From IMG/VR virus record IMGVR_UViG_3300042558_005646: a stretch of 64,000 nucleotides of DNA. One strand, written 5' to 3'. A model generated the notes under the pieces. It did no database searches. It was not told the DNA's origin and saw only the letters and a list, made by a program, of their open reading frames with translations. Shown here piece by piece: positions 56,142 to 64,000 of this stretch. Within the stretch, counting starts at the first letter, position 1. The number at the start of each line of letters is the position of its first letter. The position numbers and the translations under genes are program-made. The DNA comes from a virus.

Positions 56142-56918
56142 ATGCTTGAAAGAGTTTATGATACTTTGAGGGGCATATTATTTTACGAATTGCCAAAAAA
56201 TGCCAAAGGCGAAGCAGTAATATTTGATCGTCCAGTTTCAGGATTTTATATAGGTGAAGCTGCAGTAAGACCAAATGCAATTTCAGTTATTTTTAAAGGT
56301 GCAAGTTCTCCATTAAAAGATATATCCTTTGGGCTTCAAGAATTTGAACATAATGTGAGCATCGAAGTAAATGTTGGTGCTGACAATATCGAAACAACTG
56401 AGAGAGTAACTCAAGAAGCTACAAGAATAATCCTTTCTATATTAAGAAAACATAGAAGAATTTGGGTTGTAGATATGTGTCCTATTTGTGAAAAATTTAC
56501 ATTAACTCCAGCTCACTTTGTAGCAGACCATAACCCAATCCTAAGTTCTTATGTAACAACAGTTACAAATGAATTTAATACATTGTGGTCAGAAACTCAC
56601 CCAGCTTCAGTTGCAGCACCAGCACTTCCTGATTCAGGCAAATCAGCAGAAGCTTTTATCAGAATGTATAACGATGTAGGAGTTGGAACTACTGTAGCAA
56701 ATTTACCTACAAAAGCTAGAAATAACATCTTAAGGATGCAAGCAGATAGCGTTGAACCTATACGAATGCTTTATGATGTAATTTGCAACGATAATAAGTC
56801 TTCTGATGATGCAACTGGTAAACAACTTTTTAGAAGCGGAAATATTACAATCACTGCGAAAGAACTTGTAAGACAAATTTATTTTGGTCCAGATAATGTT
56901 CCTACAACAGCCTATTAA
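56142..56918 (+). CDS. Tail-terminator/completion-like protein with an internal Cys2His2 insertion (258 aa)
   Basis: AGGTG SD; follows gp36; scaffold VYDTLRGIL...EFEHNVSIEVNV...ATRIILSILRKHRR...FRSGNITITAK; insert begins CPICEKFTLTPAHFVADH. Confidence 0.5.
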   Translation: MLERVYDTLRGILFYELPKNAKGEAVIFDRPVSGFYIGEAAVRPNAISVIFKGASSPLKDISFGLQEFEHNVSIEVNVGADNIETTERVTQEATRIILSILRKHRRIWVVDMCPICEKFTLTPAHFVADHNPILSSYVTTVTNEFNTLWSETHPASVAAPALPDSGKSAEAFIRMYNDVGVGTTVANLPTKARNNILRMQADSVEPIRMLYDVICNDNKSSDDATGKQLFRSGNITITAKELVRQIYFGPDNVPTTAY

Positions 56919-56923
56919 ACACA

Positions 56924-59900
56924 ATGAGTCTAGTATCAAAAAAAGGTCTTGAATTTATAATTAATCAAATTGGAAAAGCAAAATATGCTTATGAAGATTT
57001 GGTTGGAGACTTAAGTTCGAATCGTGGATATTATTTAGACTATGAAAGAATAGTCATCAAGTTTAGAGGATCAACAATATTTCATGATTATGACTTGGCT
57101 GGTAAAACTCCTCAAGGATTAACCACAAAACCATATCAAACTTTTGACACAGAGGAAAACATTTCTTTTGGTTTTCAAGGTGGCAAATACATAGTTGATA
57201 ATAAGATTGCTAGTTTTGGAAATACTGGTGGTTGGACTCCTCAATATTACAATCCGCCTGCCACAGAAGGATGGGGAGTGTGGGATTACAATGCATGGCA
57301 ATATTACATCCCTACTTATAACTCAGCAGGATTAGCAAATACAAACTATATTATTTACAATATCAATTCAGAACCTGGTGATGGTTCTGATAGACAAGAT
57401 TATGATTATCCTGTTCGCTGGGATGGTTCTTTATATCAAAGGGTAAACCTTTTCAACTCATCAAGATGGATTTCTTTAAAAAATACTGGTAGCTCTTCAA
57501 ATAATGAAGCACACTTAATAATACCAAAAACTTATTTTGAAGGATTACAATTTATAAATCCATACACAAATACTCCAAAAGACTTAGGTATAGCTTCACA
57601 TACTTTTCTAAAGACAGAAGGTATTGGATCAACATTTAATTTGGCTGGTAGTATGGCAGGACTAGCCTTAACTTACCTTGCTTACAATATAAGTGAAGTT
57701 TCATCTACTGGATCAACAATTGGCAGAAATAAAGATCATTACCTAGTAAAAATTAAACTTCCCACCACATGGACTGAAAATTATTGGTATCACTTAGCAT
57801 TTTACTGGGATACTCATGATACAAATTTCTTAAACTCTTACCCTGTGTATTCTTCAGGTACAGCCCTTACATTTAACTCTAGTAATTTCATTTCATCTTG
57901 GAATGTTTTTCCAAGAAAAACATATTTTCAAAAAGATATTAAAAATTATATAACTTTTGATAAAACTGGTGTCAACGATACTAACGTTTATTTATTTTCA
58001 AAAAATAAAACAAATCAAAAATATTTTGATGGAGATTATGTAGAAGTCACAGAGCCATACAGATATCTTTATCCACAAACCTTTTCAGCTTATGGTGATA
58101 CAAATTCTCTGTCAAACTATGTTAGCTTAGGTGCTAATCAGTATTTGCCAGTAATTTTAGCTTCAAAAAATATAATTTCTGGCAATCAATACGAAAATGG
58201 AGATATAGACTTTTATTTATTTTTTGGAAAAGCTATGCCTCAAGAATCAGTTCCTGTTGATTGGAAAGATTTTACAAACTATCCGAGTATTGATAGTGAT
58301 TATGATGTTGTAGCAAAAATGATTTTGTCTTATCCATCATTGAAAACAGCAGGGACAATTAAAAATAAAACTTCAACAACATATAATCTCAATAATTCAT
58401 CAATAATTTATATTGAAAGAACTGCAGATAATTTTGCTGTGCCTCCAATTGGTGATAGTGATTTGATTACAGAAACACTACAAGATGTTATCTCCCTTAC
58501 AAATCTTACTAGAGCAGAAGATTATAAAAATATTTATGATAAAGTTTCATCAGATTTAGTTGCTCCTTTTACCAATTTTAGATCTTATGGAACAAGCAGT
58601 TATGCTGATTTTAAAAATAATAGTTTTAAGAAAAGCAAACTATTACACAACTTATTAAAATATCCAATATCACCATCATTAAAATCTAATTTTCAAACTA
58701 CCATTGGATTAGGCAAAATTTCCATATCTGCAGGAAGTAATGTGATAATAGGCAACTTGACAAAGTTCAATTCAGAAATTACTGAAGGTGATTATGTCTA
58801 CAGTTCTGACAATAAAATTCTTTATGGACAAGTTTTGTCAATTATTTCTGATACATATCTTACTTTAGAAGAAAATTACAAAAGTTTAGTCAACAACCAA
58901 ACTTATGGAATTAAGAACAGTCCTCTAGAAACAGAGCCAATAAATATAGAAGCTGATGAAAATGGAGCAAATGCTATGGTTTCATGGCTTTCTATTCCTC
59001 CAACATCTATTGTTTTTAAGTATGATCAAAATGGCTTGCAAATTAAGGATTTCAATTTTGATATAGATTGTGAGTTTGAATTTTATCAAGAAATTACAAA
59101 TGTCCCAGATTTATTAGATCAGGAAACAACAGGCACCAAACTCGCCAAAGACTATTCATTTACTATATTATTTTTAAATAATAAAAGTGATAAATTTATC
59201 AAAAATATCAAACTAAATTCATCAAAATTCCTAATTACTGATGATGAATATTTAAACAGACAAAAGAAAAACTTGACTGTTTCAGGTTATTACAAGCAGG
59301 GAACAAAAGCTGAATCAGACGTAAATGCCCCTGGAACGTTCAATTCTATTGACGAATATAGATTATATGGGTCTGCTGCAATTATTCCCAATATGCAAAT
59401 GGGAGAAAGCAGAACTATTTTGACCAAACTTGTACAGCCAGAAGATAAAACAAAACAAACAAAAACTGATTTTATAAATACGTTAAAATCTACAAATCCA
59501 TCTATATCACAAACAGAAATACAAGAACAAGTAAGTGAATATGAATTAACAAAATCTTTTTATTCACCAAACTTAAACCAATTTCCAAACACTTTTTCAT
59601 CAATAAAAGAAATTGGAATGACAGTGTCAAACTATGCTTACAATAGATCAAATCATTGGATATCTAATTATGATGAAGTTGTGGGTAATGAAAAGCAACT
59701 TAAAACTTACACTGCTCAGAATTTATTTGACCTAAGATCTGATTCTTTTGTAGTTTCTATTGCTGGTTATTCAACATCAGATTCTTCTATCAATAGTTTA
59801 GAAAATATATATAAACAACAATTAACAATTTCAGATGCCTCAAATATCAATCAAACAACTATAGGTAATTACAAGAGTGTTAATTACAATAGATTTGCTT

Positions 59901-61627
59901 TTAAAATTACTCCAAATGATTATCAATATATCAAGTCTCTCAAGATAAGGCTTCAAAGTTTAGCCAAGTGGTTAAATAATGAAGCCTACTTAGAGTGCAG
60001 TATTTGGGATAATTATAATAACTTACCAAACTCTAAATTAATAACAGGATCAAAAATTTACTATTCATCAATTGAAAACATTTTAAATGATATTTATTTT
60101 TATGTAAATTACGAGTTGACAAAAGATAGAACATATTGGATAGTCTTTGAATCAAATACAAATCCTCCAAGTTATGATGTCAAAACACAAGGATTGGTAA
60201 GCGTAAGCGGAACTGCTGTAAGTGGTCTTTATAATCCAGCAAATAATACAGCAGCTAATTTTAATAAATATCAGAAATATGCATCTATTGGTTTTGGCAG
60301 CACAATAGAAAATAATATTTCTACTTGGTATGAAATTTCTTCAATTGGTTCTTCAACAGCTTTAACTCTTGCTGGCAATGCTGGAACAAGTGATAATCAA
60401 TATTATGTTGTGAAGTATGACTTACGACTTCAAATACAAGAAACATCAACTCCATCAAGTACCAATATGGCATTTTATGATGGTAATTCTTGGACAATAG
60501 CTACAGGGACACCATATGTAGTATTTTTCGATCAAGATGATGAAATTTATGCAAGTTTCAATAGAGATTATTTTGGCTCATCTTTGATAATGCCACAACC
60601 AAATAAAACAAGAGCCAACAATACGGATTACTATTTAGACGAATATTGGACAGTAAATAATCAAACACTATTTACTCCATCACAACTTTATATATATCCA
60701 AGATCTTTCAAGGCAAATTTAACATCAATTGGCGCAACAGGAACAATCGGAACAAATTTACTTTATATTCCTCAAGAAAATTATGATCCAATAGTTATGG
60801 TTGGTATAGCTGTTACTTCATCAGTTATAGCAAGTGGTACAGCAGTCACAAGTTTAGTTTATGATAGAAATACTAGTTTATATCAAGTATATTTGAGTAG
60901 TAATTTATCAGGAAGTGCAAATACATTCTATTTTGGCGACAATGTAAATAGACTTATAAATAGAGCCAATGACATTCATATGTATTTCAAATATTACGTT
61001 GATAATCATTTGACAACAAAATATATAAAACTTGAAAAAACCCCAACTTGGATTACTCAATGGTATAAAAAGTCAACCTGGAATTACCTTGAACTTGATA
61101 AAAATGATATGAGCGACTTGGCGTCAGCTCATCAAAAACTAGATATCAGTAATTTCTCAGGATTGGGTCAAACTAATTATTTCAATGGTTTTATTATTGG
61201 AGATTTTACTGCTTTATCTTCCATAGGTTCTACTTTTGATTTCAAGATAACAACAAATGGTGGGGTTAAGTTGTTTATAAATAATGAAGAAAGACCTTAC
61301 ATAAGTAATTGGAAAAATATTACTAATAACATATTTACTACATCATATGTAGCAACAGGAAGTTCGCAACCAATATTATTTGAACTTCAATTTAATAATT
61401 ATCAAAACGAACACAGCTTAAAACTTGAATGGAAAAAAACAGGAACGTCTATTTGGCAAAATATAGATACATCTTTTTATCAAGATTATTCTGCATATCC
61501 TGTTTTGATTGATAGTAATAAAATTCAGAAGATAACATACTTAGCAGTAGGAAAAACATTAGAAGAGATAGATGATCAATATAATGGTTTTCCTATAACT
61601 GACAAAATTGTGATTAGGAGCAAATAA
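56924..61627 (+). CDS. Large virion structural protein with jelly-roll and C-terminal PA14-like domains (1567 aa)
   Basis: N/S/T/Y-rich beta-type composition; PA14-like FNGFIIGDF...FDFKITTNGGVKLFINN...FELQFNNY...LKLEWKK at about 61120-61480. Confidence 0.6.
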   Translation: MSLVSKKGLEFIINQIGKAKYAYEDLVGDLSSNRGYYLDYERIVIKFRGSTIFHDYDLAGKTPQGLTTKPYQTFDTEENISFGFQGGKYIVDNKIASFGNTGGWTPQYYNPPATEGWGVWDYNAWQYYIPTYNSAGLANTNYIIYNINSEPGDGSDRQDYDYPVRWDGSLYQRVNLFNSSRWISLKNTGSSSNNEAHLIIPKTYFEGLQFINPYTNTPKDLGIASHTFLKTEGIGSTFNLAGSMAGLALTYLAYNISEVSSTGSTIGRNKDHYLVKIKLPTTWTENYWYHLAFYWDTHDTNFLNSYPVYSSGTALTFNSSNFISSWNVFPRKTYFQKDIKNYITFDKTGVNDTNVYLFSKNKTNQKYFDGDYVEVTEPYRYLYPQTFSAYGDTNSLSNYVSLGANQYLPVILASKNIISGNQYENGDIDFYLFFGKAMPQESVPVDWKDFTNYPSIDSDYDVVAKMILSYPSLKTAGTIKNKTSTTYNLNNSSIIYIERTADNFAVPPIGDSDLITETLQDVISLTNLTRAEDYKNIYDKVSSDLVAPFTNFRSYGTSSYADFKNNSFKKSKLLHNLLKYPISPSLKSNFQTTIGLGKISISAGSNVIIGNLTKFNSEITEGDYVYSSDNKILYGQVLSIISDTYLTLEENYKSLVNNQTYGIKNSPLETEPINIEADENGANAMVSWLSIPPTSIVFKYDQNGLQIKDFNFDIDCEFEFYQEITNVPDLLDQETTGTKLAKDYSFTILFLNNKSDKFIKNIKLNSSKFLITDDEYLNRQKKNLTVSGYYKQGTKAESDVNAPGTFNSIDEYRLYGSAAIIPNMQMGESRTILTKLVQPEDKTKQTKTDFINTLKSTNPSISQTEIQEQVSEYELTKSFYSPNLNQFPNTFSSIKEIGMTVSNYAYNRSNHWISNYDEVVGNEKQLKTYTAQNLFDLRSDSFVVSIAGYSTSDSSINSLENIYKQQLTISDASNINQTTIGNYKSVNYNRFAFKITPNDYQYIKSLKIRLQSLAKWLNNEAYLECSIWDNYNNLPNSKLITGSKIYYSSIENILNDIYFYVNYELTKDRTYWIVFESNTNPPSYDVKTQGLVSVSGTAVSGLYNPANNTAANFNKYQKYASIGFGSTIENNISTWYEISSIGSSTALTLAGNAGTSDNQYYVVKYDLRLQIQETSTPSSTNMAFYDGNSWTIATGTPYVVFFDQDDEIYASFNRDYFGSSLIMPQPNKTRANNTDYYLDEYWTVNNQTLFTPSQLYIYPRSFKANLTSIGATGTIGTNLLYIPQENYDPIVMVGIAVTSSVIASGTAVTSLVYDRNTSLYQVYLSSNLSGSANTFYFGDNVNRLINRANDIHMYFKYYVDNHLTTKYIKLEKTPTWITQWYKKSTWNYLELDKNDMSDLASAHQKLDISNFSGLGQTNYFNGFIIGDFTALSSIGSTFDFKITTNGGVKLFINNEERPYISNWKNITNNIFTTSYVATGSSQPILFELQFNNYQNEHSLKLEWKKTGTSIWQNIDTSFYQDYSAYPVLIDSNKIQKITYLAVGKTLEEIDDQYNGFPITDKIVIRSK

Positions 61628-62481
61628 TGGGAATGAATTATGCGTCAGCAATCACAATGAATAACTTAGTTCTAGCTTTAGATCAAACTGCATCAACTGT
61701 AGACATGGCACTTTCATCTCAAGAAAACGCATTGTCTACAAACTCAATAGAAAGAAATTTGCAACTTTTATATGGATTGTCAGCTATAAAATCTCAAAAT
61801 AAAAATATGGTCTTAGATGTTTTGAGCTTTGGAAAAGGACTTGTAAAAACATCACTATCAGCATCTAATATAGAATTGCCTAGTGGTAATGAGCAGGGAT
61901 ATACAATTCAGCAAATTCTAGGCAATATTGATACAATGTCTGATAGTTATATTTTTGGAAAAATATTTTTGACATCAGACGAAAATAATGGTGAAGAATT
62001 AGTTTTTAGTATTGCACGTCCATCAAGCGATCCAAATGGTAGTCCCTTAATTATAAGCAAAGATATAGATATTGACACTGCAGAAGAAATTATTAGAACA
62101 TCTAAAGAATTATCATTTACTGCAAATAAAACTTATCAATTAGAAATTTATAAATTTATTGCTGATGTTTCTTTTTATGATGGCACTATTAAAAACTCAA
62201 GAGTATTTTTCAAACTCATTGATCAAAGATTCCCAAGAGGATACTTTGGATACACAGAAGAAAATATTTCAAAGATTGTTACATCTTCAATCATAAGAAA
62301 TTATGCTTCAATTTCAGAACAATATAATACGCAAAAAAATTTAACCAATGAAATAATTTCAAATTGGGTTGGAAGCTCTAGTTGGGAGCCAGATTTTAAG
62401 TCTTTTTGGCAAGCTTCATATCAAGTTTTACCAAGTAGACTTTTATCTTATTTATCAACTGAGCTGAGTATAACAATATAA
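61627..62481 (+). CDS. Hypothetical structural-block protein (284 aa)
   Basis: TAATG coupling at both ends. Confidence 0.75.
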   Translation: MGMNYASAITMNNLVLALDQTASTVDMALSSQENALSTNSIERNLQLLYGLSAIKSQNKNMVLDVLSFGKGLVKTSLSASNIELPSGNEQGYTIQQILGNIDTMSDSYIFGKIFLTSDENNGEELVFSIARPSSDPNGSPLIISKDIDIDTAEEIIRTSKELSFTANKTYQLEIYKFIADVSFYDGTIKNSRVFFKLIDQRFPRGYFGYTEENISKIVTSSIIRNYASISEQYNTQKNLTNEIISNWVGSSSWEPDFKSFWQASYQVLPSRLLSYLSTELSITI

Positions 62482-64000
62482 TGGCAATTTCATCAAAAGT
62501 AGAAGAAATAGTACTCGAACTTACAAAAACTGTTGGGAATATTTACGATGCCTTGAATTATGGCATTGGAGATGTAAATATCCCTGGATCTTCTATATTT
62601 GAAATAAATAATTTATTATCTATGGCAAATTCTGGATATCCATATTTTGGAATACTAGAAACAGCTCCATTAGGTTGTGATGTAACTTATGATATAGCTT
62701 ATGATCCATATTATGTAACAGTTAGAAGTGGACAGGTTGCATACAACGGATCAGTATTCAATCTTCAACCGCAAAAAATTCCTCTGAAAAAAGAATGGTC
62801 TACTAACTATTCTTCAGGAGGTTTTGGTTCAAGTTATAAATATGGAGTCACTCTTGGTTTACCTATTGCAGAAGTTCAAAAAGCATCCCAAACATGGACA
62901 ACTACTGTAAGTACAACTTGTTTATCAGGTACAAATATTCTATATGTAAAAGACACTTCAATTGCTATTAATTTAGGATTTCCACTTCAAGCTTTTGTTG
63001 GAAACTACTTAATTACTTTTTCAAAAGTTACTGATGATTTACTGGGACTGATTGTTGATCCATCTTATTACAACGGATCTTCTTTTGGAACTTTGCCAGC
63101 AACTTACTACTTGGATAACCCTGTAACATTTTTATTTCAACCAAGAGTCAAGTTCATTACAGGTTTTCCTGTTCTAGAATCTAATGAAAATGTATCCACT
63201 TTTGATTACTTCCCACCATTACCGCAAAGTTGGATTCCAATAGGTAAAGTTATGGTCAAAAATCCAGAAAATCCACTAGTAGTAGATTCTGGAACTGGAT
63301 TGACTAGAACAGTAGTAGATATGCCCACAGACATATCTACATATCAAATATTGGGAGAATCTTCAGATAAGAGCTTGATAATTCAAAGTTGTATTGAAGC
63401 AAACAATGCTTTACAAAGCTTTAAATATAACGACTATGTGAGAAATACTGTATCGTCTGTCTACAGATACTTGACAACAATCTCCTCCAATTCAAGCTTA
63501 TCAAATAGAGAGTTGTTGGCAACACAACCTTTCAGAAAAACAGAATTTTATTCTAAAGGAACATCTTTTAGTGGATTGGAGAGATTTGAATTACCATACA
63601 ATTTTTCAAAAGCTTACTATGAAACAATAGGATCAGATCTTCAACATACTTTTGCTGTTTTTAGAGGAGATTTGATTACTTATAATGCAGCTATTGGCAG
63701 TGATAACACTGCTGCAGCAACAGGACTAACAAATTTGGTTATTCCTTGCTCAAATTATATTTCATCTTTATCTTCAGGAACTCAAATTTACGGAGTGACT
63801 ATAGTATATAATATTTCTACTGATGAATATGTTGAAAGCATTCCAGTATATAGTAACTTAATTTCTTCAAATTACACTTCAAATAATTATTTAGTTGAAT
63901 TAAGTTGGTCAGGAGCAGGAATTACGAATCCACTGTTCTATAACGTTTATAAAAAGCCGCAATTGAGTAGTGATTTGATAGAAAGAAAGCTAACAAATAC
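62481..64000 (+). CDS. Virion structural protein, N-terminal 506 aa (runs off the right edge; absent from the ORF track)
   Basis: ATG overlaps the previous TAA. Hand translation MAISSKVEEIVLELTK...YVTVRSGQVAYNG...WIPIGKVMV... stays open to 64000. Confidence 0.8.
   Translation, partial: MAISSKVEEIVLELTKTVGNIYDALNYGIGDVNIPGSSIFEINNLLSMANSGYPYFGILETAPLGCDVTYDIAYDPYYVTVRSGQVAYNGSVFNLQPQKIPLKKEWSTNYSSGGFGSSYKYGVTLGLPIAEVQKASQTWTTTVSTTCLSGTNILYVKDTSIAINLGFPLQAFVGNYLITFSKVTDDLLGLIVDPSYYNGSSFGTLPATYYLDNPVTFLFQPRVKFITGFPVLESNENVSTFDYFPPLPQSWIPIGKVMVKNPENPLVVDSGTGLTRTVVDMPTDISTYQILGESSDKSLIIQSCIEANNALQSFKYNDYVRNTVSSVYRYLTTISSNSSLSNRELLATQPFRKTEFYSKGTSFSGLERFELPYNFSKAYYETIGSDLQHTFAVFRGDLITYNAAIGSDNTAAATGLTNLVIPCSNYISSLSSGTQIYGVTIVYNISTDEYVESIPVYSNLISSNYTSNNYLVELSWSGAGITNPLFYNVYKKPQLSSDLIERKLTN

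Noticed and set aside
109-57301. Short ORFs in the track lying opposite or out of frame to long genes (e.g. 109-360, 1061-1342, 3185-3460, 6306-6590, 37137-37412, 51893-52213, 53884-54195)
   Set aside because: They are shadow ORFs within or overlapping genes that have clear motifs. They show no RBS or recognisable domains.
1-64000. Stop-codon reassignment (TAG or TGA), as seen in some large phages
   Set aside because: Genes up to 10 kb are open under code 11. Both TAG (528, 12958, 25689, 54358) and TGA (1180, 2842, 16793, 51823) end genes right at the next start.
1-64000. tRNA or rRNA genes, inteins, introns, transposases, integrase
   Set aside because: Intergenic gaps are 144 nt or less and show no cloverleaf. 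I saw no HINT, homing-endonuclease or recombinase motifs. Only a dedicated scan could fully exclude them.
1-64000. Eukaryotic giant virus, cellular adhesin island or extracellular contractile injection system
   Set aside because: SD motifs, ATGA/TAATG coupling, UvsW, a gp36-like adaptor and a hub-like gene fit a tailed phage. The giant proteins lack secretion signals, and no housekeeping operon or eCIS sheath/ATPase set is visible.

Overview
The window is an AT-rich, almost fully coding segment (about 30% GC by eye, not computed). It reads best as the virion-morphogenesis region of a large (jumbo-type) tailed bacteriophage, not a cellular chromosome. Two gene blocks diverge from a 77-bp gap at 51402-51478. 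The leftward (-) block spans about 51 kb. It holds a DUF5679-like zinc ribbon, helical proteins including an Asn-rich tape-measure candidate, and ten tail/baseplate genes totalling 13,134 aa. These include a 3469-aa protein with 14 PKD repeats plus an RCC1-type propeller, a hub-like protein, and SwmB-repeat, PA14 and beta-propeller proteins. Next comes a compact cassette of subtilisin (S8), signal peptidase I (S26), trypsin-like protease (S1) and class A DnaJ, all with intact catalytic motifs. The block ends with a holin-like membrane protein, a perfect 18-bp inverted repeat and a truncated UvsW-like helicase. The rightward (+) block encodes an FmdB-like zinc ribbon, neck/adaptor/terminator-like proteins, a double zinc ribbon, a PHP-fold protein lacking its metal ligands, and more large virion proteins running off the end. 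The standard genetic code fits. I saw no tRNA, CRISPR array, mobile element, capsid, terminase or sheath gene. The best candidate for an undescribed system is the three-protease plus DnaJ cassette. It may be linked to a recurring basic-x-AQ/SQ tag in non-tail proteins and to -10-only leaderless starts. All family assignments come from visual motif recognition, not database searches.
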